Below the pieces are notes generated by a model. It did not search any database. It saw only the letters and a program-made list of their open reading frames with translations, and had not been told where the DNA came from. From assembly GCA_963764715.1 (NCBI GenBank), contig CAVXTP010000010.1:222024-286023 (forward strand): 64,000 nt of DNA, given 5' to 3'. Made by a program: the position numbers and the translations under genes. Positions 27,119 to 37,379 of this stretch are shown one piece after another; position 1 is the first letter of the stretch, and each line of letters opens with the position of its first letter. Source of the DNA: an uncultured Acidobacteriota bacterium (GTDB lineage Bacteria; Acidobacteriota; Thermoanaerobaculia; UBA5066; Gp7-AA6).

Positions 27119-30100
27119 CTACACCCGGCGGGGGTCTTCGAGGCGGAAGAGGCGGTCCATCCAGAGGTTGGTCAACTTTTCGGACACGGTGTTCTGGCGC
27201 AGGCGCGCGGCGAGGTTGCCCCAGTCCATCTCGTCGAGCTTCTGGTCCTGGTTGAAGCAGGAGAAGACGATCTCCTCCCGGCCCGTGGCGGGGTCGACGT
27301 GCTTCTGGAGACACTGGGCGCAGACCTCTTTCATCATGCACTGCATCGGGGAGTTGATCGAGGCGATCCCGACGTGGCCCGGCGAGAGGTGCGCGGCCAG
27401 GGCGTCCTTGCGGGCCCGCGCCACGGCCGCCATCATGCGGTCCGAGCCGATCACGATCAGGCGCTCCACGGTCGAGAGCGGGATCGTGACCTCGCCCAGC
27501 CGTCCCGTGGCGTAGGCCACCATGGCCTCGACGATGTTGCCGACGAAGCTGCGGTCGGACGCGCGGCGCGCCGGGATGGCCTCGCCGCGGTCGACGGAGA
27601 GCACCAGCACGTCCGCCGCCGCCTCGAGCTCCGCGCGCTTGTAGAAGTCCTCGGCCTTCTTGTAACCGGCGAAGTAGATGACCCGGTTGTTGCGGGCCCG
27701 GGCCTTCTTGCCGATCGAAAAGAGCACGGCGTTGCCGAGGCCTCCCCCGGCGAGCATCACGGTCGAGTTCTCCGGAAGCTCCGTGGCGGCGCCCGTCGGG
27801 CCCATGGCGACGACCGGCTCGCCGGGCCGGAGAACCGAGCAGAGGCGGGTCGAGCCCCCGATCTCGAGGGCGATCATCGAGAGCAGACCCTTCTCCGGGT
27901 CGACCCAGGCGCCCGTCAGGGCGCAGGGCTCGATGAGGAGCGGCGATCCCGCGATGCGGGGCGCTCGCGACTCGAGGTTCTGGAGCCGGAAGAACTGGCC
28001 GGGCTCGAAGTTGCGGACCGCGGCGGGCGCCCGGACGACGACCTCGATGATCGTGGGCGTCAGTCGGTGGACGTCGACGACCTCGGCGGACAGGTCCTCG
28101 CGGATCCGCCGGGCGAAGCCGTCCCACTCGGCGTCGGGCCGGACCGCGTCGCGCGGCCCGTCGAGCACCTCGACGATGGCCCGGTAGCCGTTGCGCGCCG
28201 AGGCCATCGCCTTGACGACGTTTCCGTTGTAGGCGGGGTGGTTGTCGCCGAAGAAGGTGACGAACCGGCCGCGGCGCGCGTAGCCGGTGAAGAAGGCCGT
28301 CTCGTCTTCGGGATGCGCCGGCTCCAGGCGGAAGCCGTCGCCCGAGCGCACCGCGCGGTGGGGAGCGAAGAAACGCCGCTTGGCGTCGAGCGGGAAGGCG
28401 TCCGGAAACTCCTTCGCGTAGGTGATGTTCGGCGTCGTCCCGGCGGCCACGAGGCAGGTGCGCGCCGCGAGCTCGACGGTCTCGCCCGAGCCTCCGCGCA
28501 GGAACCGCACCGCCTTCAGCTTCCCGTGCTCGTCGGGGACCGCTTCCTGCGGCTCGAGGCCCTCGATGAAGGAGATTCCCTCCTGGAGGGCCTTGATGAT
28601 CTCTTCGTGGTTCAGCCGGTACGCGGGGGAGTCCTCCATCATCCGGCGATACGCGATCGAGACGCCGCCCCAGGCGCGGCAGAGGCGCGCGAGGTCCGGA
28701 AGCTCCCCGGCGGCGTGGGCCCGCTGCCGCTCCTTGTGGACGGCGAGGCCGTGGGCGAGCAGCCGGTCGAGGATGTCCCGTTCCTCGGGATCGAAGGTGG
28801 CCCGGACGGCGTCTTCGCCCTTTTCCGCGCAGAGGGCCTGGTACCGGGCGAGCGTCTTCTCCGCCTGGAGCGGGTAGTACGCCAGCAGCTCCGTCGCCGT
28901 GTCGATCGCCGTGAGCCCGCCGCCGATGACGACGGCCGGCAGCTCCATCTGCAGGTTGGCGAGGGCCTCTTCCTTGAAGGCGCCGGTCAACTGGAGCGCC
29001 ATCAGGAAGTCCGAAGCCTTGCGGACCCCGCGCATGATGTTGTTCTTCATCGGGATGATCGTCGGGCGGCCGGCGCCGGCGGCGATCGCGACGTGGTCGA
29101 ACCCGGCGTCGAAGGCCTGCTCGGCCGACAGCGCCCCGCCGAAGCGCACGCCCCCGAGGATCTCGAAGCGGCGGCGGCGAGCGAGGGTCAGGTGGATCAG
29201 CGTCAAGAAATTCTTGTCCCACCGCACGGTGATGCCGTACTCCGACACGCCGCCGAAGCCGGCGAGGGGACGCTCGTCGAGCGGGACCGCGATCTCGGAC
29301 CAGTCGCGGACCGGCCGGATGCCGCCGCCGTCCTGCCCGGTCAGGTCGGCCGGGAGCGGCTCGATCTTCAGGCCGTCGATCCCGACGACCCCGCAGCCTT
29401 CGTTGAGGAGGTAGTGGGCCAGGGTGTAGCCCGCCGGGCCGAGGCCGACCACGAGGACCTTCCGGCCCGTGTACGGCCGGGCGACCGGCCGGAGCGGGTT
29501 GAGCGGGTTCCAGCGCGTCAGGAGGCCGTAGATCTCGACGCCCCACGGCAGCTCCAGAACGTCCGTCACGACGCCCGTCTCGATCTGCGGAATGTTGACG
29601 GGCTCCTGCTTCTGGAAGATGCAGCCCTTCATGCAGTCGTTGCAGATGCGATGGCCCGTGCCGGGGCACATGGGGTTGTCGATCGCGACGAGCGCCAGTG
29701 CGCCGATCGAGTCGCCTTCGCGCCGGAGCTGGTGCATCTCCGAGATCTTCTCGTCGAGGGGGCAGCCCTTCAGCGGGATTCCGAGCGGATTCTTCTGCCA
29801 GGCCGAGGTCTTCGCGTCGACGAACCCCTTCGAGCAGGAGTCCTTCTCGCGCTCGTGGCAGAGCAGGCAGTAGTGGGTTTCTCCGAGCACCTCGCGCGAG
29901 GTCATCCGCGGATCGGTCAGGCGGAATCCCTCCCGGCGGCGGTGGCCGCGGGCGGGGCCGATGCGCTCCTCGGGCAGCGCCGGGTTGGGCCGCCGGGTCT
30001 CGACGAGGTTCTGGTAGTCGAGGTTCTCGGGCAGCCGGAAGGACGTCCAGCGTTCGATCTCGTGAACGAGCGCGGGATGCTCGCGCCGCAGGTGGCACCA

Positions 30101-30793
30101 GAGCGCATATTTTTCGAGGAGCTCCTGGACGAAGAGGAGAAGGTCCTCGTCCGACTCGCCGCGGGCGCGCGGTGTGGCGGGGCCCGAGACGCGGCGCGCC
30201 AGCCGGCGGGCCTCGTCCCGGGAGGCCGCGGGGACCTCGGGGACCTTCTTCTGCCGGAGCGCGGCGATGAAGTCGGCCTCGACGTCGAGGAGCCCGGACG
30301 CCATGCGGGAGGTCGCGAGCTCCGGGTCCGTGCCCCAGGGCAGGTCCGGGTGCAGGTCCCGCTCGATCGCCCGCGCGACCTCCCGGAGGGGCGCCGGGTC
30401 GAAGGCCGCGAGGTTCTCGGGGAGCTTCGTCTTGACGGCGCGCCGCAGGAGGAAGTCCCTTCGGAAGCGGAAGAGGACCGCCTCCGGGCCCGCGACGGCG
30501 CCCTGTCGCCGCCACTCCGCCTCGACGCCGAAGAGCCGGGCGACGAAGGCGCCGAGCGGCCGCGCCGCGTCCACGAGGAGGCGCGAGAGGCCGAGGGCGT
30601 CGACCGACGCCGGGTCGGCCCGGTACGCCGCGAGGCGCGCATGGAGGGCCGGCTCCTCGGCGGCGAGCCCGGCGAGGAAGGCGGCGTCGAGATCGGCCAG
30701 CCGGTCCTCGCGGTGGAGGTCCTGGTAGGTGAAGCCCGGAATGCCGAGAGGAAAGTCCCTCCCGGCGGACGGTGGCGGCGGCGTCGTCGACAA
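27119..30793 (-). CDS. Large FAD/Fe-S oxidoreductase: GltD/NfnB-like part fused to an FNR/PyrK/NfnA-like part
   Basis: CLLC...C...GCP and CP..G.RICNDC..GC clusters; GLGPAG; IGGGLTAID; then PGQF, GGGLG, SPMQCMMKEVCAQC...C. Start placed at TTG 30793, downstream of TACAAT. Confidence 0.88.
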   Translation of the reverse strand: MSTTPPPPSAGRDFPLGIPGFTYQDLHREDRLADLDAAFLAGLAAEEPALHARLAAYRADPASVDALGLSRLLVDAARPLGAFVARLFGVEAEWRRQGAVAGPEAVLFRFRRDFLLRRAVKTKLPENLAAFDPAPLREVARAIERDLHPDLPWGTDPELATSRMASGLLDVEADFIAALRQKKVPEVPAASRDEARRLARRVSGPATPRARGESDEDLLLFVQELLEKYALWCHLRREHPALVHEIERWTSFRLPENLDYQNLVETRRPNPALPEERIGPARGHRRREGFRLTDPRMTSREVLGETHYCLLCHEREKDSCSKGFVDAKTSAWQKNPLGIPLKGCPLDEKISEMHQLRREGDSIGALALVAIDNPMCPGTGHRICNDCMKGCIFQKQEPVNIPQIETGVVTDVLELPWGVEIYGLLTRWNPLNPLRPVARPYTGRKVLVVGLGPAGYTLAHYLLNEGCGVVGIDGLKIEPLPADLTGQDGGGIRPVRDWSEIAVPLDERPLAGFGGVSEYGITVRWDKNFLTLIHLTLARRRRFEILGGVRFGGALSAEQAFDAGFDHVAIAAGAGRPTIIPMKNNIMRGVRKASDFLMALQLTGAFKEEALANLQMELPAVVIGGGLTAIDTATELLAYYPLQAEKTLARYQALCAEKGEDAVRATFDPEERDILDRLLAHGLAVHKERQRAHAAGELPDLARLCRAWGGVSIAYRRMMEDSPAYRLNHEEIIKALQEGISFIEGLEPQEAVPDEHGKLKAVRFLRGGSGETVELAARTCLVAAGTTPNITYAKEFPDAFPLDAKRRFFAPHRAVRSGDGFRLEPAHPEDETAFFTGYARRGRFVTFFGDNHPAYNGNVVKAMASARNGYRAIVEVLDGPRDAVRPDAEWDGFARRIREDLSAEVVDVHRLTPTIIEVVVRAPAAVRNFEPGQFFRLQNLESRAPRIAGSPLLIEPCALTGAWVDPEKGLLSMIALEIGGSTRLCSVLRPGEPVVAMGPTGAATELPENSTVMLAGGGLGNAVLFSIGKKARARNNRVIYFAGYKKAEDFYKRAELEAAADVLVLSVDRGEAIPARRASDRSFVGNIVEAMVAYATGRLGEVTIPLSTVERLIVIGSDRMMAAVARARKDALAAHLSPGHVGIASINSPMQCMMKEVCAQCLQKHVDPATGREEIVFSCFNQDQKLDEMDWGNLAARLRQNTVSEKLTNLWMDRLFRLEDPRRV

Positions 30794-30850
30794 GCCTGGG
30801 GATTGTAGCGGATCGCCGGCGGAAGTCGGCGCAGCTGAGGCGGACGCCTC

Positions 30851-30893
30851 TTGACAGCCGGCTGCCGAGATCTCAATAATGAGAATCGTTACT
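30851..30893 (+). promoter_or_regulatory. Promoter (TTGACA - 18 nt - AATAAT) overlapped by a Fur/Per-box-like operator
   Basis: AATAATGAGAATCGTTACT (30875-30893) matches the classical Fur box GATAATGATAATCATTATC at 14/19 and lies directly before a Fur-family gene. Confidence 0.75.
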
Positions 30894-30896
30894 GAT

Positions 30897-31304
30897 ATGA
30901 GCACGTCCGCGCCGTCCGCCGCCCGCCGCTCGACCCGCCAGCGGCGTCTCGTCTACGAGGCCGTGATGGCGACCGACTCGCATCCCACGGCCGAATGGGT
31001 CTACGAAGCGGTGCGCCGCGCGGCGCCGCGCATCTCGCTCGGCACCGTCTACCGCAACCTCCAGGTGCTGGTCGAGGAGGGCCGCCTGCGGTCCTTCACA
31101 CGCAACGGGCGCATCCGCTACGACGGCGACGTGTCGCCGCACGACCACTTCGCGTGCGACGGCTGCGGGCTTCTGCTCGACATCCCCCGGGCCGGCGGCG
31201 TGCTTTCGGCCGAGCGCCGGCTCAAGGCCCGCGGTTTCGCCGTCACGGGCCGGACCCTCGAATTTCACGGACTGTGCCGGAGTTGCCGGCACGGCCTCAA
31301 ATAA
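30897..31304 (+). CDS. Fur-family regulator, probably PerR-like
   Basis: TRQR, HPTAEWVY, ISLGTVYRNL, HDHFACDGCG, GLCRSC; directly upstream of rubrerythrin. Confidence 0.9.
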   Translation: MSTSAPSAARRSTRQRRLVYEAVMATDSHPTAEWVYEAVRRAAPRISLGTVYRNLQVLVEEGRLRSFTRNGRIRYDGDVSPHDHFACDGCGLLLDIPRAGGVLSAERRLKARGFAVTGRTLEFHGLCRSCRHGLK

Positions 31305-31320
31305 CCAGGAGGAGAAGACG

Positions 31321-31746
31321 ATGGGCAAGCTCGCCAGCACCAAGACGCACGAGAATCTCAAGCACGCTTTCGCCGGGGAGTCCCAGGCGAACCGCCGCTA
31401 CATGTACTTCGCGCGCCGCGCCGACATCGAGGGCTATCCCGACGTCGGCGGCCTCTTCCGTGACACGGCGGAGGCCGAGACCGGCCATGCCTTCGGGCAC
31501 CTCGACTTCCTCAAGGAGGTCGGCGACCCGGCGACGGGCTTCGCGATCGGCGGGACGGACCTCAACCTCAAGTCGGCCGTCGAGGGCGAGACCTACGAGT
31601 ACACGCAGATGTACCCGGGCTTCGCGAAGACCGCCCGCGAGGAGGGCTTCACCGAGGTCGCCGAATGGTTCGAGACCCTCGCGCGCGCCGAGAAGTCGCA
31701 CGCGGGCCGGTTCCAGAAGGGCCTCGACACGCTCGGCAAGCTCTAG
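31321..31746 (+). CDS. Short rubrerythrin (no rubredoxin domain)
   Basis: [34 protein letters not shown] diiron ligands; strong Shine-Dalgarno. Confidence 0.95.
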   Translation: MGKLASTKTHENLKHAFAGESQANRRYMYFARRADIEGYPDVGGLFRDTAEAETGHAFGHLDFLKEVGDPATGFAIGGTDLNLKSAVEGETYEYTQMYPGFAKTAREEGFTEVAEWFETLARAEKSHAGRFQKGLDTLGKL

Positions 31747-31777
31747 TGCCGGAAGGCACGGATTCCGGGAGGCGGGG

Positions 31778-33064
31778 TTGAGCTTCGATCCCGCCTCCCG
31801 CGGGTTCTTCGATCGGGCGGCGGTCGACCGGGAGCTCCGGCGGGTGGCGGACATCTGCCACACCTGCCGGCGCTGCTACAACCTCTGCCCGTCCTTCGAC
31901 GTCCTCTTCCGGGCGCTCGATCGCCCGGAGGTCGACGGGGAGGTCGAGCGGCTGACGCCCGGCGACCTCGGCCTGTTCTCGGACCTCTGCTTCGAGTGCA
32001 AGCTCTGCATTCCGCACTGTCCCTACTACCCGCCGCACCGCTGGGACGTCGACGTCCCGCGCCTGGTGCTCCGCGACCGGGCGAGCCGGGTCCAGAACGA
32101 GGGCAAGCCCGCCTTCCGCGACCGCATCCTGGCCTCGGTCGACGCCGTCGGGCGGGTCGCGACGTTCGCGGCGCCCGTCGTCAACGCCCTGAACGAGAGC
32201 CGCCTGGCGCGGGTCCTGATGGAAAAGACGCTCGGCGTCCACCGCGACCGGCTCCTCCCGACCTGGGCCGGAGAGACGTTCGTGCGGTGGTGGGAGCGTC
32301 GCGGCGGCGCCACGGAGCCCTCCGCGGCCGCCCCTCCCGGCGAGCGCGTCGCGCTCTTCGTGACCTGCGCGGTCAACGCCAACGCCCCCGAGGTCGCCCG
32401 GGCGGCCGTCGCGGTCCTCGAGAAGAACGGCTGTGAGGTCGTGGTTCCTCCCCAGCGCTGCTGCGGGATGCCGTTCCTCGAGAGCGGCGACCTCGAGTCG
32501 GCGAAGGACTGCCGGCGCGACAACGTCGCGACGCTCCTGCCGTTCGTCCGCGCCGGCTACACCATCGTTTCGCCGGGGCCGACCTGCAGCCTCACGCTCA
32601 AGAAGGAGTACCCGGTGATCGGCCCGGAGGAGGAGGCAAAGGAGGTCGCCGCAAAGACGCTCGACCTCTGCGAGTACCTCATGCGCCGGCACGCCGCCGG
32701 CCGCCTCGCGACCGACTTTCAGCGCTCGCCGGGCAAGATCGTGTACCACGTTCCGTGCCACCTCAAGGTCCAGGACATCGGCTTCAAGTCGCGCGACCTT
32801 CTCCAGCTGATCCCCGGCAGCGAGGTCGTGACCGTCGAGAAGTGCACCGGCCACGACGGCACCTGGAGCATGAAGACCGAGTACTTCCCGATCTCGATGA
32901 GGTTCGGCCGCCCCGTGTTCGACGCCGTCGCCCGGGAGAACCCCGACCGCGTCGCGACCGACTGCGCCCTCGCCGGGGTCCAGATCCGCCAGGGCACCGG
33001 CAAGACTCCCAAGCACCCGATCCAGATCGTGGCCGAAGCCTACGGTCTGCGCGACGAGGTCTGA
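31778..33064 (+). CDS. Rubrerythrin-associated Fe-S oxidoreductase (4Fe-4S dicluster plus CCG domains)
   Basis: CHTCRRCYNLC, CFECKLCIPHC, QRCCGMP, HVPCH, KCTGHDG; TTG start after GGAGG. Confidence 0.88.
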   Translation: MSFDPASRGFFDRAAVDRELRRVADICHTCRRCYNLCPSFDVLFRALDRPEVDGEVERLTPGDLGLFSDLCFECKLCIPHCPYYPPHRWDVDVPRLVLRDRASRVQNEGKPAFRDRILASVDAVGRVATFAAPVVNALNESRLARVLMEKTLGVHRDRLLPTWAGETFVRWWERRGGATEPSAAAPPGERVALFVTCAVNANAPEVARAAVAVLEKNGCEVVVPPQRCCGMPFLESGDLESAKDCRRDNVATLLPFVRAGYTIVSPGPTCSLTLKKEYPVIGPEEEAKEVAAKTLDLCEYLMRRHAAGRLATDFQRSPGKIVYHVPCHLKVQDIGFKSRDLLQLIPGSEVVTVEKCTGHDGTWSMKTEYFPISMRFGRPVFDAVARENPDRVATDCALAGVQIRQGTGKTPKHPIQIVAEAYGLRDEV

Positions 33065-33066
33065 CC

Positions 33067-33648
33067 ATGGATCCCCTGACCCCCGAGGACATCCGCAACC
33101 TCCACGAGTACGAGCTGGAGCGGCCGGCCTTCCGCGGCCGCGTCATCGAGCAGAAGCGCCGGCGGCGCGTCGCGCTCGGGCCCCTCATGACGCTCGTCTT
33201 CGAGAACCGCGACACGGTCCGGTTCCAGATCCAGGAGATGCTCCGGGTCGAGCGGATCGTGCAGCCCGACAAGGTCCTCCACGAGATCGAGACCTACAAC
33301 GGCCTGCTCCCCGGACCGGGAGAGGTCGCCGCGACGCTCTTCATCGAGATCACGGACCAGGGCCGGATCCAGGAGATCCTCGACGGCTTCATCGGGCTCG
33401 ACGAGCCGGGACGGCTGCTCCTGCGGATCGGGGAAACGGCGTATCCGGCCGTGTTCGCCCCCGGGCAGAGCCGCGAGGACCGGATCTCGGCGGTGCATTA
33501 CATCCGCTTCCCGCTGGGAGTCGCGGGCCGCGAGGCCCTCGCTTCGGGCGCCGAAGCCGCGCTCGAAGTTTCGCAGGGCGAGTACCGCGCGCGGCAGGTC
33601 CTCGCGCGGGAGACGGTCGAGGAGCTCCTCGGGGACCTGCGCCCCTAG
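33067..33648 (+). CDS. DUF3501-family protein
   Basis: FENRDTVRFQIQEMLRVE, YNGLLP, ATLFIE, SAVHYIRF; usual partner of this rubrerythrin cluster. Confidence 0.9.
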   Translation: MDPLTPEDIRNLHEYELERPAFRGRVIEQKRRRRVALGPLMTLVFENRDTVRFQIQEMLRVERIVQPDKVLHEIETYNGLLPGPGEVAATLFIEITDQGRIQEILDGFIGLDEPGRLLLRIGETAYPAVFAPGQSREDRISAVHYIRFPLGVAGREALASGAEAALEVSQGEYRARQVLARETVEELLGDLRP

Positions 33649-34253
33649 GGGCGGGCGCCCTGCGGGAGCCACACCGGAACGCCCGCGGGAAGCGCGATCC
33701 CCGGCGGCAGGGGCGACTCCGCGCAGACCGCGACGAGCTCGACGGGGTCGAGCGCCGACCAGGCGACGCCGGCGCGGGCGAGGGCGGCCATCGCGCGGGG
33801 ACCCACACGAACGTGGCGCGCGCTCTCGACGATCCACTCGCGCGGCGCCGAGCGCAGCGCCGCCCGGGCGCGCCGCGTGTCGACCGCTCCTTCGAGCAAG
33901 AGGGCCATGCGCGGCGCGCCGTCGCCGCGAGCGTGCGCGCCGGAACCCGGGCTCGACGCGGCGACGGGCCGCAGCCCCGCCACCGCGTCGAGCAGGTCCG
34001 CGGGCGGCGACGGCCACAGCAGCCGCTCGGCCGCGCGGCGAAGGAACGCACGGGCCCTCGACGCGCTGCGCCCGGTGACGCAGAGCACCACGCGCCCGGA
34101 GGCGTCGGTCGCGCGGAGGTAATCGTCGAGCGACGCCGGCGCGAGGACGACGCCCGGCAGGCGCCGCTCGATCGCGCGCGCGGCGGCCGCGGCCTCGGGA
34201 GCGCTCGCCGCCACCACCGCGACGGGGGCCCCGCCGCGGCCGCGTTCGACCAT
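33645..34253 (-). CDS. Hypothetical protein (about 202 aa)
   Basis: C-terminal part of track ORF 33645..35381 from ATG 34253; fills the gap; no motif recognised. Confidence 0.5.
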   Translation of the reverse strand: MVERGRGGAPVAVVAASAPEAAAAARAIERRLPGVVLAPASLDDYLRATDASGRVVLCVTGRSASRARAFLRRAAERLLWPSPPADLLDAVAGLRPVAASSPGSGAHARGDGAPRMALLLEGAVDTRRARAALRSAPREWIVESARHVRVGPRAMAALARAGVAWSALDPVELVAVCAESPLPPGIALPAGVPVWLPQGARP

Positions 34254-34298
34254 CCGAATCCTGCGGCGGCGCGTTACACTGGAGTGCAACACAGCCCC

Positions 34299-35498
34299 AT
34301 GCCACAAGCTTATCTGTTCTCTCTCGTGGTGCAGGCGGCGGGGACGGTGCTCCTCTTCGTCGTGTTCCTGCTGCTCTACCGGAAGTTCCGGCGCCCGGCC
34401 TTTCTCGACTGGATCGCCTCGTGGGGCTTCTTCCTCGTCGGCCTCGTCCTGCTCGGCATCGTGCAGGCGTCGACCGCGCAGGAGTTCCGCCTGGGCCTCC
34501 TCGGCCTCACGTCCGCCCTGATGGCGCACGTCTACTTCCTTCTGCGGGGAGTGTGGCGCTTCCGCCAGGAGCAGCCCGAGTCCCGCCCGGTCGAGATGCT
34601 CTGGGCGGTCCCGATCCTGGCGGCCGCCTGGTGGCTGTCCTCGTTTCCGCTGGTCCCGGCCGTGACGTGGGCGGCGCCGATCTCCGCCCTGCGGGCGGTC
34701 GCGTACCTCGTGACCGCGGTGGCCTTCGCCGTCACGCCGGGCTCGGTCGGCGGGCGGGCGATCCTGTCCGCCTCGTTCTTCTTCTGGGGCGTCGAGCGGG
34801 CGATCCTCGCCCTCGCGTACCGCCGGTACGGAGACATGCCCGCGATGCCGGACTCCCTGCAGTACGCCTACTTCCTCGAGATGTTCCTCGAGATGACCGT
34901 CGGCGTCGGCATCATCATCCTGCTCTTCGAGGCGAGCCAGGCGCAGCTCCAGTCCGAGATGCAGCGGCTGGTCGAGTCCGACTCTCAGGCCAAGGAGATG
35001 GGGATCCGCGATCGGCTGACCGGCCTCTACAACCGCCACTACTTCAACGACGTCATCCGGCGCGAGCTCGCCCGGTCGCGGCGCCACGGAACGAGCCTCT
35101 CGGTCCTGCTCATCGACGTCGACCGGTTCAAGGAGATCAACGACGTCCGCGGCCACCAGGTCGGCGACGAGGTCCTGCAGTTCGTGGCGAACTACCTGAC
35201 CGCCTGCCTGCGGGAGTCCGATCTCGTGTTCCGCTGGGGCGGCGACGAGTTCCTGATCCTTCTCTCGCACTCCGACGAGGCCTCCGCGGCGCAGAAGGCG
35301 GAGGAGATGGCGCGGCGGCTGCCGCACATCCCGGGCGCCGAGCAGCTCCAGCCCACCCTCTCGGTCGGCTGGGCCACCCACCGGCCGAAGGCCGAATTCC
35401 CCAAGACGCTGGCCGAGGCCGACGCGCGAATGTACGAGATGAAGCTCAACCGGAAGCGAGAGCGAGAAGCGCGAGAGCGGGATCTGGGGAGGCTCTGA
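34299..35498 (+). CDS. Membrane diguanylate cyclase
   Basis: About 7 TM segments, then DRLTGLYNR, DVDRFKEIND..GH..GD, I-site RESD and RWGGDEF. Confidence 0.93.
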   Translation: MPQAYLFSLVVQAAGTVLLFVVFLLLYRKFRRPAFLDWIASWGFFLVGLVLLGIVQASTAQEFRLGLLGLTSALMAHVYFLLRGVWRFRQEQPESRPVEMLWAVPILAAAWWLSSFPLVPAVTWAAPISALRAVAYLVTAVAFAVTPGSVGGRAILSASFFFWGVERAILALAYRRYGDMPAMPDSLQYAYFLEMFLEMTVGVGIIILLFEASQAQLQSEMQRLVESDSQAKEMGIRDRLTGLYNRHYFNDVIRRELARSRRHGTSLSVLLIDVDRFKEINDVRGHQVGDEVLQFVANYLTACLRESDLVFRWGGDEFLILLSHSDEASAAQKAEEMARRLPHIPGAEQLQPTLSVGWATHRPKAEFPKTLAEADARMYEMKLNRKREREARERDLGRL

Positions 35499-36051
35499 GC
35501 AGCCGGTAGACCGCGCGGGCGGGCAGGCCCATCACGTTCGTGAAGGAGCCGTGGATCTCGTCGATGAAACGCGCGCCGAGGCCCTGGACCCCGTAGGCGC
35601 CGGCCTTGTCGTGCGGCTCTCCCGTCGCGACGTACCAGGCGATCTCCGCCTCGTCGAGGGGCGCGAACCGGACGCGGCTCAGCTCCGCGACGCCGCGCCC
35701 CGGCGCCTCGCCCCGCCGGAGGTGGATGGCGGTCACGACGCCGTGCTCGCGCCCGGAGAGCCGCCGGAGCATCGACGCCGCCTCGCCGTCGTCTCGGGGC
35801 TTCCCGAGGATCGCGCCGTCGAGGAACACGAGCGTGTCGGCCGCGAGAACCCAGGCGTCCGGGTCCCGGCGCGCGGCGGCGGCCGCCTTCTCCGCGGCGA
35901 GCCGCGCGGCGGCCGCCTCCGCGGTCTCGCCCGGGAGCGGCTCTTCGGGGATGTCGACCGGCCGCGTCGTGAACGGGATGCCGAGCGAGCGCAGGATCTC
36001 CGCGCGGCGCGGCGAGGCCGAGGCGAGGACGAGGGTCGGGCGATCGGCCAT
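35446..36051 (-). CDS. maf: Maf-family nucleotide pyrophosphatase
   Basis: LVLASASPRRAEIL, AADT, GKP, LSGREH, DKAGAYGVQG, NVMGLP. Confidence 0.95.
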   Translation of the reverse strand: MADRPTLVLASASPRRAEILRSLGIPFTTRPVDIPEEPLPGETAEAAAARLAAEKAAAAARRDPDAWVLAADTLVFLDGAILGKPRDDGEAASMLRRLSGREHGVVTAIHLRRGEAPGRGVAELSRVRFAPLDEAEIAWYVATGEPHDKAGAYGVQGLGARFIDEIHGSFTNVMGLPARAVYRLLRASPDPALALLALASG

Positions 36052-36070
36052 CCGCGTCGCGACCTCGGCG

Positions 36071-37369
36071 TCAGGCTGGATTTTCCAGGCTGAAGATCTG
36101 GTCCTGATCGTCGTACGCGAAGGCCTCGGCGTAACGGCCCCAGCTGATCACGGCTCGCAGGGTCTGCTCCGCGGCGTCCCGGGCCATGTAGTCCTCGAGC
36201 TCGTCCAGGAAGCGACTGCGTGGCGCCGTGTGGCTCGTGCGATCGTCCAGGACCTTCCGTATGTGAGCGGCCAGGGGTACGTAGCTCAGGAGCTGGCGCT
36301 GGAAGAGCCGCTTTCGCTCGTCGAGCGGCGCCTCCGCGAAACTCCGGCCGGCATCCGTCAGGCGGAGGTCGCCGCCCTCGAGCTCCGCCAGTCGCAGCAT
36401 CTGGAGGGTCTCGGCCACGGGAAAGAGGTCGTCCACTTCCATGTGAAGGGCCGAAGCGATTTCCGGCAGGTCGGCCTTGCCGCCGTACGCCGGGCTCGCC
36501 ACCTGTTCCAACAGGCCGGCGAGGAGGTTCGTCGAGATGCGTGGCAGGACCGTGCCGATCCCCGTGCCGGCGAAACGCTCGGTCCGGCCGGAGCGTTCTT
36601 CGCCCGGACGCGCCGTCATCTCCACATAGATGCGCTCGACGAGCGCGCGGAACGCCGGCGCCAGCCGGTGCCGGGGTTGGGCCAGTTCGACCTTGATCTC
36701 GCTCACGATTCGCCCGGGACTGGTCGAGAACAGAAGGATACGGTCGCACATCAGGACCGCCTCTTCGATGTTGTGGGTGACGAGGATGGCGCCCTTGATC
36801 GGCAGCTGGCCTTCCCCCCAAAGATCGAGGAAGTCCGTTCGCAGAGTCTCCGCCGTCAGGACGTCGAGGGCCGAGAACGGCTCGTCCATCAGCAGGACGT
36901 TCGGGTGGACCACGAGGGCCCGCGCGAACCCGACACGCTGGCGCATTCCGCCGGACAGCTCCCGCGGGTAAGCGCCCTCGTAGCCATCGAGGCCGATCAG
37001 GTCGATGGCGGCCAGGGCGCGCCGGCGGATGTCGTCTTCCGGAAGGCCCAGGCTCTCGAGCCCGAGGCGAACGTTTTCGAGCACGGTCAGCCACGGGAAA
37101 AGAGCGAAGCTCTGAAAGACCATGACGATCCCGGGCGCCGGCCCTTCGACGGCGTTGCCCAGGTACCGGACGGTCCCCGCGACGGGGCGGGCCAGCCCCG
37201 AAATGATCCGAAGAAGGGTCGATTTGCCCGAGCCCGAGCGTCCCAGGAGGGCGACGATCTCGCCCTCGGCGAGGGTCAGCTCGACGCCGTCCAGGACGAG
37301 CAGCTCGGCGCCCTCGGGCCTCGGAAAAGCCTGGCGGACGGAGTGAATCTCGAGCAACGGGGTGTCCAT
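36071..37369 (-). CDS. NitT/TauT-type ABC ATPase with C-terminal AAA-associated domain
   Basis: [32 protein letters not shown]; C-terminal extension ending ISWGRYAE. Confidence 0.92.
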   Translation of the reverse strand: MDTPLLEIHSVRQAFPRPEGAELLVLDGVELTLAEGEIVALLGRSGSGKSTLLRIISGLARPVAGTVRYLGNAVEGPAPGIVMVFQSFALFPWLTVLENVRLGLESLGLPEDDIRRRALAAIDLIGLDGYEGAYPRELSGGMRQRVGFARALVVHPNVLLMDEPFSALDVLTAETLRTDFLDLWGEGQLPIKGAILVTHNIEEAVLMCDRILLFSTSPGRIVSEIKVELAQPRHRLAPAFRALVERIYVEMTARPGEERSGRTERFAGTGIGTVLPRISTNLLAGLLEQVASPAYGGKADLPEIASALHMEVDDLFPVAETLQMLRLAELEGGDLRLTDAGRSFAEAPLDERKRLFQRQLLSYVPLAAHIRKVLDDRTSHTAPRSRFLDELEDYMARDAAEQTLRAVISWGRYAEAFAYDDQDQIFSLENPA

Positions 37370-37379
37370 GGCGTCCTCC

